Of a stretch of 35,825 bases of DNA, positions 16,778-25,891 are shown one piece after another (position 1 is the stretch's first letter; the number at the start of each line of letters is the position of its first letter). The notes under the pieces were generated by a model. That model did no database searches, was not told the origin of the DNA, and saw nothing but the letters and a program-made list of their open reading frames with translations. Location: assembly GCA_964372275.1 (NCBI GenBank), contig CAYJRR010000037.1, positions 1-35,825 of the forward strand, written 5' to 3'. This DNA is from an uncultured bacterium (GTDB lineage Bacteria; CAYJRR01). A program made the translations under genes and the position numbers.

Positions 16778-17362
16778 CTAGGGCACGCGAAACTCGATCT
16801 CGACCGACGGGGAGTCGCCGCTCAGCGCCGCCGCGGTCCGGCCCGTGCCGAGCGCGATGCCGGGGCCGGCGACGAGCTCCACGGGGACGGCGACCTCCTC
16901 GTCCTTGTGCCGGTCGCGCAGCACCAGGCGGCGCGGCGCGGCGGACGGGGATCCACTTCCTCCAACGAGTCGATAGGGACCCGTCACCACGAAGGTCGCA
17001 TGGAGATCGCCGCGGTCGAACCCCTCGACGGCGCGAGACGCCTCGTCCTCGGCGAGCGGAACCACGGCGCCGTCGACCGAGACGGCGAGGAAGTGGGTGG
17101 CGAGCTCGCGCAGATAGGCGGCAGCGACGCGCCGCTCGTCGGCGGAAAGTCTCCCGTCGCGGTCGCGGTCGTAGACGGACCGCAGGCGTTCGGCCTCGAC
17201 GGCGGTGAGCGCGACGTCGACGGCGACGGCGATGCGGCCGCGCGCGATCGTCACCCGATCGTGCTTCGGCTGCGCGGCCGGATGCCCCCATACCGTCGGC
17301 GGCGAGGCGAACGCCGCCGCGAGCGCCACCGGGACGAGCCGGCGAGCCGCATTCCGGATCAC
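16778..17362 (-). CDS. Secreted hypothetical protein with an EF-hand-like loop
   Basis: GTGA overlap with the upstream gene; signal RRLVPVALAAAFA; YDRDRDGRLSADE loop. Confidence 0.6.
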   Translation of the reverse strand: MIRNAARRLVPVALAAAFASPPTVWGHPAAQPKHDRVTIARGRIAVAVDVALTAVEAERLRSVYDRDRDGRLSADERRVAAAYLRELATHFLAVSVDGAVVPLAEDEASRAVEGFDRGDLHATFVVTGPYRLVGGSGSPSAAPRRLVLRDRHKDEEVAVPVELVAGPGIALGTGRTAAALSGDSPSVEIEFRVP

Positions 17363-19875
17363 AGCCCCGGCGGCTCCCAGCCCGCGGTGCCGACGTCGAC
17401 GAAGACCGGATTGGTGTAGGCAAAGACCCCGCGTTCGGAGATCGGGTAGAGGTTGCCCGGACCGGTGACGACGACGACGTAGAAGGCGTCCTCCAGCGGC
17501 GCGACCGGGAACGACTCGTCGTGGACGAAGCGGCCTCCCGCCAGCGGCGGGTTCACCTCCGCGGTGTCGACCAGCGTCCCGTTCTCGTAGAGGCGAATCG
17601 TGTCGAACGGGATCCACGCCGGCGATTCGACGTGGACCTCGACGGTGACCGAGCCGCCGCCCGTCGCGTCGAGCATCTCGCCCAGCCCCGCGCGCTCGCT
17701 CCCGACGCCGGCGGTCGTCAGCACGAACGGTCCGGAGGAGACCACCGCGCGGCCGGCGCGCAACGCCTCGACGAAGGACGACGTCTCGACCTGCGACGGA
17801 TCGTCGGTCCCGACCTCCACCAACGTCCGCGGGTAGCCGGGATCCCACACGACGTGCGAATCGGAGACGCCGACCGCCGTCATCGGGATCCCCATCTTCC
17901 GGATCGAGAACCAGTCGAGCATCGCGTTCCCCTCGACCGGCTCGAACTCGTCGTTGACCTCGATCGTGTCGAAGTCGGTGGCGAGCGGCTCGTCGGCCGT
18001 CCCGGTCGCCGGGTCGTAGTCGATCCAGGCGAGATACCCCTTACCCGCCCCCGAGCGCGGATGGTTCATCTGCAGGATGCGATCCCCCGGCAGCGCCCGG
18101 AGCTTCGCCAAAAGCTCGGCCGCTCCGAGGTGGCGGTCCTCCTCGGCGTCGAACCACACCTTCGTCCCGTCGTGCGCGCGCGACGTCGCGCTCCCGTCCG
18201 GCATCGGGTAGGCGTTGAAGTGTCCGTAGAGGACGATCGACACCTCGCTTCCGACGAGCGACGAGAGGAACGGCTCGAGCGCGAGCGCCTCGATGGCCGG
18301 GCGATAGTCGGTGGCGCGGTCGTGGTCGGTGGCGGCGACGTGCTCGAGCCCCTCGCCGGCGAGGGACAGGGCGCGCTCGGCGAGAGGGACCCCCGAGTCC
18401 CGGCTCTGGACGGTGTGCAGGTGGTAGTCGCCGGCGACGAAGCCGGCCGTCCCGACCACGCGGGTGAGCGTCGAGGCCGACGCCGGTACGGCGACGTTTC
18501 CGCCGGCCGGGACCGAGATCGCCGCCTGTCCCAACGACCACTCCGGTCCGCGCGATACGTAGGCGGTGAAGCTCCCCGGCGCGACGGCCACCGCGCGGGC
18601 CTCCCCGGCGTTGCCGTAGGCGCGCGCCACGACCTGTCCGTCCTTCACCAGCGTCAGCCGCGCCGGGATCGGCGAGCCGTCGGCGCCGTCGGTCGCGGAG
18701 AAGGTGACCGTGCCGACGGCCGGCATCACGAACAGCGCCTGCGCCGTCTTCCCGGCGCGGATCTCGAACCGGAGCGGTTCACCGCTTCCCCGGTGCTCCG
18801 CTTCGACGATGGCGTCGTAGGCCCCCGCCGGGAGATCGGCCACGAAAGCCCCCTCGGTGCCGGACCGCGCGCGGGTCACGAACCGCTCCGGATCGTCCGC
18901 CTCGGCGATCCGGATCCGCGCGCCGACCACCGCTTGCCCGACGGTGTCCCGCACCTGTCCGGCGAAGGTGCCGGTCTTCGTGCCACGGACCCGCTCAATC
19001 TCCTTCGACGCCGCCGCCAAGTCGGGGCCGGCAATCACCAGCCGCCGGCGGAAGGCGCGCCGCTTTCCGGACGCGATGGTGAGCCCCCCCATCACCGCCA
19101 GCTGCTGGCTGGCGTCGGCGAAGGGGATGTCGAGCGTCTTCTCCGGCTCGAGCGGCAGCCAGGCGTAGGCGATCCCTGCCGTCTCCGCCACGCCGCCCCC
19201 TTGGGCGGTGTCGGTCGCGGTGTCGGCACCGGTCCACTCGAACGTCCCGCTTTCGGCCTCCCCGAGCGGCGCGCCGAACGACCGCAAGCCGTTGCCGACG
19301 AGCAGCACGTCGAACGCCTGGACGACCGTCGTCTCCGGTTCGTTCATCGTCACGTAGGTCTCGATCAGGACCGACGAGGCGTCCGGGGTCAGGGAGTAGA
19401 TCGTCTCCAGGTCGACGTCGACCGGGTTGGTCAACCCCGGGATCTCGGCCGTCAGCGGAAAGCGGTAGCCCGGCCCGGCGACGCGAATCGACGCGCGGCG
19501 GCGATTCGAGCCGTCGTCGACCACCTCGACCGTGTCGACGGCGGCGATCGTCAACACGTTCACCGAGGGGAACGCTTCGCCGAATCGATCCTGCCCCGGC
19601 TCGCCCGGAGCGCGCGTCACGTCGGCGTCGAGCAGCGAGCCGCCGAACAGGTTGAAGCCGACCGAGCCCTCGGCCGCCCCGATCACCACCCGCACGTGGT
19701 CGTTGGCGAGCAGGAAGTCGCCCACCCGCCCTTCGGCGCGCGGACCGCCGATCAGGTCGGACGCGACCTCGATCCGCTTGGCCTGCACGAACCCGGTCGG
19801 CGGATCGTCGGCCGGTTTTCGGCAGCCGCCGACCGCAAACGCGACGGCAGCGGCGAGAAGAATCCGGAATTGCAT
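17359..19875 (-). CDS. CehA/McbA-family (PHP-like) metallohydrolase lipoprotein with a carboxypeptidase-regulatory-like domain
   Basis: Lipobox VGGC; GDFLLAND; GDYHLHT..S.DS, ATDHD, GHFNAYP, MNHPR, GVSDSH, SSGPF, AYTNPVFVD. Confidence 0.85.
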   Translation of the reverse strand: MQFRILLAAAVAFAVGGCRKPADDPPTGFVQAKRIEVASDLIGGPRAEGRVGDFLLANDHVRVVIGAAEGSVGFNLFGGSLLDADVTRAPGEPGQDRFGEAFPSVNVLTIAAVDTVEVVDDGSNRRRASIRVAGPGYRFPLTAEIPGLTNPVDVDLETIYSLTPDASSVLIETYVTMNEPETTVVQAFDVLLVGNGLRSFGAPLGEAESGTFEWTGADTATDTAQGGGVAETAGIAYAWLPLEPEKTLDIPFADASQQLAVMGGLTIASGKRRAFRRRLVIAGPDLAAASKEIERVRGTKTGTFAGQVRDTVGQAVVGARIRIAEADDPERFVTRARSGTEGAFVADLPAGAYDAIVEAEHRGSGEPLRFEIRAGKTAQALFVMPAVGTVTFSATDGADGSPIPARLTLVKDGQVVARAYGNAGEARAVAVAPGSFTAYVSRGPEWSLGQAAISVPAGGNVAVPASASTLTRVVGTAGFVAGDYHLHTVQSRDSGVPLAERALSLAGEGLEHVAATDHDRATDYRPAIEALALEPFLSSLVGSEVSIVLYGHFNAYPMPDGSATSRAHDGTKVWFDAEEDRHLGAAELLAKLRALPGDRILQMNHPRSGAGKGYLAWIDYDPATGTADEPLATDFDTIEVNDEFEPVEGNAMLDWFSIRKMGIPMTAVGVSDSHVVWDPGYPRTLVEVGTDDPSQVETSSFVEALRAGRAVVSSGPFVLTTAGVGSERAGLGEMLDATGGGSVTVEVHVESPAWIPFDTIRLYENGTLVDTAEVNPPLAGGRFVHDESFPVAPLEDAFYVVVVTGPGNLYPISERGVFAYTNPVFVDVGTAGWEPPGL

Positions 19876-19920
19876 CCGCGGATCGTAGGGTTGCCCGGCC
19901 TCGTGCAGCAAGTGTGCGCC

Positions 19921-19950
19921 TTGACTCGTCTTCCGGCGGACGGGTAGAGT
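19921..19950 (+). promoter_or_regulatory. Sigma70-type promoter for the FHA-PP2C operon
   Basis: TTGACT (19921-19926), 18-nt spacer, TAGAGT (19945-19950). Confidence 0.55.
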
Positions 19951-19966
19951 TTTCCAGTTGCTGCCG

Positions 19967-19993
19967 AGCCGCTCGTGAAGGCGGCTTTTGTTT
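19967..19993 (+). terminator. Intrinsic-terminator-like hairpin in the FHA leader
   Basis: AGCCGC-TCGTGAAG-GCGGCT followed by TTTGTTT. Confidence 0.45.
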
Positions 19994-20009
19994 CGCTTCG
20001 GGAGAGAGG

Positions 20010-20459
20010 ATGCCGACGAAGTCCGGCAAAGGACCGAGCACTCGGGTTCTCCCGGACACGACGACCGTCCTCGGCAAGCAGCTCCCCCCCGAAGAGTCGA
20101 GTCTTCCCAAGAATGTCGACGTGATGATCGTGGTGCTGGAAGGGACCGAGTTCGGGCGCGAATACCCGATCGTCAAGTCGCGTACGACGATGGGGCGCGA
20201 GGGGGGGGCGGCCGACATCGAGATCGCCGACCTGGGGGTCTCCCGCCAGCACGCCGAGATCTACCTGGAGGACGGCGGCTGGGTGCTGCGCGACCTGGAG
20301 TCGACGAACGGCACGCTCAAGAACGGGATCAAGATCAACCGGGCCCCGTTGAAACACGGCGAAAAGTTCAAGATCGGCGAGACGGTGCTCCAGTTTCTGT
20401 GCGAGGAGAAGGCGCAGGGCTCGGCCAAAGTCTACGAGATCGACGGGATCGACGAGTGA
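20010..20459 (+). CDS. FHA domain protein
   Basis: TMGR, VSRQHA, LRDLESTNGT, LKHGEKFKIG; GGAGAGAGG upstream of ATG 20010. Confidence 0.9.
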   Translation: MPTKSGKGPSTRVLPDTTTVLGKQLPPEESSLPKNVDVMIVVLEGTEFGREYPIVKSRTTMGREGGAADIEIADLGVSRQHAEIYLEDGGWVLRDLESTNGTLKNGIKINRAPLKHGEKFKIGETVLQFLCEEKAQGSAKVYEIDGIDE

Positions 20460-21337
20460 AGATCACGTCCTGCGGGATCACCGACGTCGGTCAAAAGCGA
20501 CAGAACAACGAGGACAACTTCCTTATCAACGACGAAATTAATCTGTACGTCGTCGCCGACGGGATGGGGGGTCACGTCGGCGGGGAGTTCGCCAGCCAGA
20601 TCGCCGTCACCACCATCGAAGAGGTGATCCAGAACGTCGAGGTCGACCCCGAGGCGACCCGCCCCGACTGGGGGGCGCTCGGCTCCTCGGTGGCGATCGG
20701 CGGGGAGAAGCTGAAGTACGCCATCCGACTCGCCGGGAAGCGCATCTTCGACCGCACCAACGACGAGCCGGAGCTGCGCGGGATGGGGACGACGACCGTC
20801 GCCGCGCTGTTCGACCACAACCTGGTCTTCCTGGCGCACGTCGGCGACAGCCGCGCCTATCTGATCCGCGGCACGACCGTCACCCAGATCACCGAGGACC
20901 ACTCGCTGGTCAACGAGCAGATCCGGCTGGGGCTCATCACCCGCGAGGCGGCGAAGAACCACAAGCTGAAGAACATCATCACCCGCTCGGTCGGCTACCA
21001 GGAGGACGTGGAGATCGAGACGCTGGTGAAGACGGTCGAGAAGGGGGACCGTTTCGTCCTCTGCTCCGACGGCCTGTCGAACCTGGTCGACGAGAACGAG
21101 ATCCTGGAGGTGGCGGGCGGCGCCTCCGGCACCGAGGACGCGGCGCAACGCCTGATCGACCTCGCCAATCAGCGCGGCGGGGACGACAACATCACCCTGA
21201 TCATCGCCCAGGTCGACGAGCTCGACCCCGACGCCGAGCAGACGGTCGAAGGGACCAAGACCAGCACCGCCAACATCACCAGCCTCACCGGCGGCGGCAC
21301 GCTGGTCACCGCCGTCGCCGACGCCTCGCGGAAGTAG
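20456..21337 (+). CDS. PP2C-family Ser/Thr phosphatase (Stp1/IreP type)
   Basis: TDVGQKRQNNED, VVADGMGG, GMGTT, HVGDSRAY, TEDHS, LCSDGL, GGDDNIT; GTGA overlap with the FHA gene. Confidence 0.95.
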   Translation: MKITSCGITDVGQKRQNNEDNFLINDEINLYVVADGMGGHVGGEFASQIAVTTIEEVIQNVEVDPEATRPDWGALGSSVAIGGEKLKYAIRLAGKRIFDRTNDEPELRGMGTTTVAALFDHNLVFLAHVGDSRAYLIRGTTVTQITEDHSLVNEQIRLGLITREAAKNHKLKNIITRSVGYQEDVEIETLVKTVEKGDRFVLCSDGLSNLVDENEILEVAGGASGTEDAAQRLIDLANQRGGDDNITLIIAQVDELDPDAEQTVEGTKTSTANITSLTGGGTLVTAVADASRK

Positions 21338-21343
21338 AGCGGG

Positions 21344-22486
21344 TCAGGCTGCTTCGGGATCGGACAGGGAGACGAGCTGGTTCTGCTGGTTGCGCCAGGA
21401 GAGGAGCGGGCTCGCGGCGCCGTTGGTGAGCGGGGCCGGGACGAGCTGGGGGAGGATGGAGAAGGCCTCCTGCGGCAGGGGCGTCGCCGCCCACGGATTG
21501 TGGAAGACGCGCATGTCGTACTGGATCTCGCCCATGTGCCAGCGGTTCTCCACGAACAGCACGGCGGAGAGCGGTTCGTTGCCGGGGCGGTTGAAGATCG
21601 CCGGGCGGAAGCGCCTCGAATAGTCGTAGACCTTGCGACGACCGCCGCCGAAGCCGGAGCGCGCGCGGATCGACCGGGGCTTGCCGTAGAGCGCGTGCAT
21701 CACCGTGTTCTCGACCATCCCCCAGGTATCGCCGTGACACAGCGCCACGACGAAGGGGCGTTTCGGGGCGCCGGTCCCTCCGCGGACCTTGACCAACGCC
21801 TTCTCCGCCGCCTGGTTCAAGCCTTCGAAGTGCTCCTCCACGTCGAGCGGCGCCAGCCACAGACCGATGCAGTTGGGGCGCGCCTCGTGGCTCTTGGACA
21901 GGATCGCGAACTCGATGTCGATGCGGTCGTCGAGGTAGAGCGCGCGCCGGGAGGCGTACTGGTCGTCGGTCGTCAGGTCCCTGAGCCACTGCTCCAGCGC
22001 CAGCCGGACCCGGGTCGGGTCGAAGTCGTCGGGAAGCCATCGGCGCACGTGCACCGCGAAGACGAACTGGCCCTCGATGGAGGCCAGCTCGCTCATCAGG
22101 AGCTGCACCTTCCGCTCGCGGCCTCCGGCCGACCGCGGCGCCACCGCCGCGACCTCCAGGTCGAACTCCCCTTGCGGCGCCGCGACGCGGAAGGTCGGCT
22201 GATCGCGCTCGAACGGCTGGAAGGACGCCCGCCAGCCGCTCGTCGCCAGGAACTGTTTCATCACCAGGGCGAAGAAGGCGCCGTAGAACTCCTCGTCGAC
22301 CCTCGAACGCAGCGGCGGGAGCAGGGCGCGCTGCGCGTTCCGGTCCGAATCGGCGAACCACGCTTCGACCTGATCGCGAAAGCGCGTGACGAGCGGGTCT
22401 TGGCGAAGCGCCAGCGCCTCCACCACCGACACGCCCGGGGATCCGGCCCTGAGCCCCGCCACGAACTCGTCGTTGTAGACTCTCAT
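21344..22486 (-). CDS. Hypothetical protein, possibly a degenerate PD-(D/E)XK-fold protein
   Basis: 380-aa ORF with host-like codon usage from ATG 22486; PTFRV..EFDLEV and C-terminal VFHNPWAATPLP. Confidence 0.7.
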   Translation of the reverse strand: MRVYNDEFVAGLRAGSPGVSVVEALALRQDPLVTRFRDQVEAWFADSDRNAQRALLPPLRSRVDEEFYGAFFALVMKQFLATSGWRASFQPFERDQPTFRVAAPQGEFDLEVAAVAPRSAGGRERKVQLLMSELASIEGQFVFAVHVRRWLPDDFDPTRVRLALEQWLRDLTTDDQYASRRALYLDDRIDIEFAILSKSHEARPNCIGLWLAPLDVEEHFEGLNQAAEKALVKVRGGTGAPKRPFVVALCHGDTWGMVENTVMHALYGKPRSIRARSGFGGGRRKVYDYSRRFRPAIFNRPGNEPLSAVLFVENRWHMGEIQYDMRVFHNPWAATPLPQEAFSILPQLVPAPLTNGAASPLLSWRNQQNQLVSLSDPEAA

Positions 22487-22587
22487 CTCTGCGTGCGGCC
22501 GGTCCTTTTCCGGGCCGATGGGCGAGAATACCTGCCCGCCCTCGCGCTGCGCAACGCCGCCGAATGCGGTGGAATCGCCCTCCCTCC

Positions 22588-23214
22588 ATGCGCGACTTCC
22601 GGCCGCCGCTCGGCTCCGACCGCCGCTCCCGCCTTCCAATCCTTCCGATCCTGGTCGTCGCCCTTCCGCTTCTGAGCATGCTGGTCACGTTGCGCCTGGT
22701 ACAGGTACGAAGCCTGCGCCCGATGCGCGAAGAGCTGACGACGATCGAAGAGCGGTTCGCCGTCGCCCAGGAGGAGCGCCGGGTCCTCGGGGAAACGGTC
22801 GAGCGACTCCAGAAGAGCGTCGCGGCGATGCAGACGATCTCCAAGGTGCAGCTGGTCTGGGGGGACTCGACCGAGCACACGCGCGTCGCGTTCGCCTACA
22901 AGCGCGAGCCGGGCTCGTCGTGGTGGGAGCATCCGCGCGAAGAGCCGTACACCCTCTACTACTACGCCAGCCGCGGAGACACCCTGGCGCGCATCGCGAG
23001 CCATCCACGAATCCTCGGCGCGAGCTATCTCTGGCCGATCCTCGCCAGCGAGAACGGGCTTCGCGCCAACGGGAGCGATCCGCTGCCGGCCGGACGCCTG
23101 ATCAAGGTTCCCGCCCGGCTGCACGAGTCGCAGATCCGGCGCGCCATCGTCGAGGCCGGCGCCCCGGACAAGGCGCGCGACGAGATCTTCGGACAGGCCG
23201 GGATCACACCGTAA
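22588..23214 (+). CDS. Membrane-anchored coiled-coil protein with a LysM-like domain
   Basis: TM segment ILPILVVALPLLSMLV; heptad region; RGDTLARIA...LWPILASEN...LPAGRLIKVP. Confidence 0.75.
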   Translation: MRDFRPPLGSDRRSRLPILPILVVALPLLSMLVTLRLVQVRSLRPMREELTTIEERFAVAQEERRVLGETVERLQKSVAAMQTISKVQLVWGDSTEHTRVAFAYKREPGSSWWEHPREEPYTLYYYASRGDTLARIASHPRILGASYLWPILASENGLRANGSDPLPAGRLIKVPARLHESQIRRAIVEAGAPDKARDEIFGQAGITP

Positions 23215-23295
23215 CCCGCGTCACGACGTGCGCACCCGGAGACGATTCATCCCCATTTCACCCTTTCGCCCGGAAGTCGACCTACGCTGATCGGA

Positions 23296-24960
23296 ATGAC
23301 CCGCCGGCTCTCCATCGCTGCCCGCATCACCGCGCTGGCGGTGGCGTATGCCGTCGCGGCAAGGGCCGGATTGCTGCTGGACGCGGTCGGAGGACTGGCG
23401 ACGCTCGTCTGGGCGCCGACCGGGATCTCCCTCGCGGCGCTCCTGCTCGGCGGGTCGTCGCTGTGGCCGGGGGTCGCGCTCGGCGCCTTCGTCGCCAACG
23501 TCTGGGCCGGCGCGCCGGCCGAACTGGCCCTCCCCATCGCGGTCGGCAACACGCTGGAGGCGCTCGCCGGAGCGACGCTGCTCCGCGCGGCCGGTTTCCG
23601 GCCGGAGCTCGACCGGATCCGCGACGTGCTGCTCCTCGTGTTCGGCGCGGCGGTGGCCACCACCGCCGTGAGCGCGACCGTCGGAGCGACGGCGCTTTCG
23701 TGGTCGGGACGCGTCGAGCCCGGTCGATTCGCCGAGTCGTGGCGGACGTGGTGGATCGGGGACGCCCTCGGTGACCTGGTGGTCGCGCCGATGCTCCTCG
23801 CGTGGGGATCGAGCCGGCGCCAACGGATCCGGGCGGCGAGGATCGCCGAAGCGACGGCCCTCACACTGGCGCTCCTCGCCGTGGGTGCGGCCGTCTTTTT
23901 CGGGGAACCGGGGCTCGCCGGAGTCAGCCCACTGCGCCAGCCCTACCTCGTCTTCCCGTTCCTCCTGTGGGGCGCGCTGCGCTTCGGACCGCGTGGAGCG
24001 GCGACCGCGACCTTCGTCCTCTCGACGGTGGCGGTCGCCGGCGCCGTCGGCGGACGGGGTCCATTCGCGCACGAGACGCTGTCGGCGAGCCTGCTCCTCC
24101 TCCAGTCCTTCACCGCCCTGGTCGCCGTGACGATGCTCCTCCTCGGAGCGGCGATCGCCGAACGTGGATTGGCGATCCAGCGACGCGAGGAGTTCCTGGA
24201 GTTGGTCTCCCACGACCTGAAGAACCCCCTGAGCACGATGCGGTTCTCCCTCGATCTCCTGCGCCGCAAGCTCGCCGGCGACGGTCTGCTGGGGCCGGTG
24301 GAAGCTGCCCTCGGCAGCCTCGAGCGGGCGACGTTCCGGATGGAGACGCTGGTCCGCGACATCCTCGACCTTTCGGCCCTCGAGGCGGGACGCCTCGAAA
24401 TCGAGCGCAAGGTCCTCGACGTCGGCGAGATCCTTCGCGAGGCGGCGGAGAACGGACGCGCACAGGCGGCCCGGAAGGGGATCACCGTCTCGGTGGAGGC
24501 CCCGTCCTCGCCTGCGAAGGTCGACGGCGACCGGAGGCGCCTGCTGCAGGTGCTCGGAAACCTGGTCGACAACGCGATCAAGTACGGGAACGAGGGCGGG
24601 ACGGTCGTCGTCCGGGCCACCTCCGTCGACGGGTCGATCCGGTTGTCGGTCGTCGACGACGGACCCGGCATCGATCCGCGGGAGCTGCCGCACGTCTTCG
24701 AACGATTCTGGCGGGCGCGGCGTGGCGCGCAGGAAGGATCCGGCCTCGGGCTCTCGATCGTGAAGGTGCTGGTCGAGGCGCACGGCGGGCGGGTCTGGGC
24801 CGAAAGCGAGCCCGGCCGCGGATCGGCCTTCCACGTCGAGCTTCCGCGAAACGCGCCGCTACTTCACCAGGCGAAGCGGGGGCCGGGCTTTTGGCGCCGG
24901 TTTCGCGCGGCGACGCTTCCGGACGGCGGCCGCACGGCGGACGAGCGGTCGGTCGGTTGA
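23296..24960 (+). CDS. MASE1-domain sensor histidine kinase
   Basis: VWAPTGI, GNTLEAL, WWIGDALG, LWGALRFG (MASE1); H box SHDLKNPL, N box NLVDNAIKY, DDGPGI, FERF, GSGLGL. Confidence 0.93.
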   Translation: MTRRLSIAARITALAVAYAVAARAGLLLDAVGGLATLVWAPTGISLAALLLGGSSLWPGVALGAFVANVWAGAPAELALPIAVGNTLEALAGATLLRAAGFRPELDRIRDVLLLVFGAAVATTAVSATVGATALSWSGRVEPGRFAESWRTWWIGDALGDLVVAPMLLAWGSSRRQRIRAARIAEATALTLALLAVGAAVFFGEPGLAGVSPLRQPYLVFPFLLWGALRFGPRGAATATFVLSTVAVAGAVGGRGPFAHETLSASLLLLQSFTALVAVTMLLLGAAIAERGLAIQRREEFLELVSHDLKNPLSTMRFSLDLLRRKLAGDGLLGPVEAALGSLERATFRMETLVRDILDLSALEAGRLEIERKVLDVGEILREAAENGRAQAARKGITVSVEAPSSPAKVDGDRRRLLQVLGNLVDNAIKYGNEGGTVVVRATSVDGSIRLSVVDDGPGIDPRELPHVFERFWRARRGAQEGSGLGLSIVKVLVEAHGGRVWAESEPGRGSAFHVELPRNAPLLHQAKRGPGFWRRFRAATLPDGGRTADERSVG

Positions 24961-25863
24961 CCTCGGCGCCGGTGCGGTGCCGGTCCGGGCCTCGATCCTC
25001 TCGCGCAGGAACTTTTCCAGCCGCAGGTTGAGCAGCTCGGGTTGCTCGATCAGCGCGGCGTGGCTCCCCCGCGGGATCGTCAGCAGCTCGGCACCGGGGA
25101 TCCGGTCGCGCATGTGCACCGACAACCGGTGCGGCGTGAACCGGTCGTTCTCCCCGGCCACCACCAGCGTCGGAACGTCGACCCGGTCGAGCCACTTGGC
25201 GGCGGTGTGGCGCTGCATCTCCCCGGCCATCAGGAAGAAGACCTGCGAATCGACTCGGGCGAGGTGGTCGAAGTAGGGGCGCAGGTCGCCGGGCCGGCAC
25301 ATCTTCCGGTCGACCGCCCCCGCGTTCGCGATCCACATCGGGATCGGCGACCGCATCAGCCGCGCGTTCCCCCGCGAGAAGGCGCGCGGCGCCAGGTTCA
25401 CGATGGCGTAGACGACGTCGAAGATCGGACCGGCGAGGCGGCTGTCCCAGAAGGTATCGAGCGGCCGCCCGTAGGCGCCGCAGATCATCACCAGCCCGTC
25501 GACCCGGGAGGGATGCCGGCGCCAGGCCTCGAGGACGACCTGGGTCCCCATCGAATGGCCGAGGAGGACGGCGTTCCGGATCCCCGCCGCCTCCATCACC
25601 GACGTCAGGTCCTGCACGCAACTGGCGATGGTGAACTTCTCCCGCGACATGCGCGGGGGTTCGCCGCTCCGGCCGTGGCCTCGGTAGTCCCAGGTGACGA
25701 CCCGGTAGCGGTCGGAGAAGTTGCGAACCACGTACTTCCAGAAGAAGGTCGACACGCCGACGCCGTTGCAGCACAGGAGCGTCCGCTCCCCCTCGCCGTA
25801 GCAGGTGAAGTGGAGCGGCACGCCGTCGAGGCCGCGGGCCTTCCCTTCGCGGTAGGCCTTCAC
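24859..25863 (-). CDS. Alpha/beta hydrolase
   Basis: NGVG, WDYRGHGRS, nucleophile GHSMG, AGENDRFTP, GSHAALIE. Confidence 0.9.
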   Translation of the reverse strand: MKAYREGKARGLDGVPLHFTCYGEGERTLLCCNGVGVSTFFWKYVVRNFSDRYRVVTWDYRGHGRSGEPPRMSREKFTIASCVQDLTSVMEAAGIRNAVLLGHSMGTQVVLEAWRRHPSRVDGLVMICGAYGRPLDTFWDSRLAGPIFDVVYAIVNLAPRAFSRGNARLMRSPIPMWIANAGAVDRKMCRPGDLRPYFDHLARVDSQVFFLMAGEMQRHTAAKWLDRVDVPTLVVAGENDRFTPHRLSVHMRDRIPGAELLTIPRGSHAALIEQPELLNLRLEKFLRERIEARTGTAPAPRSTDRPLVRRAAAVRKRRRAKPAPKARPPLRLVK

Positions 25864-25891
25864 GCCGCCCCCTTCCCGGCCCCCGCCCGAC

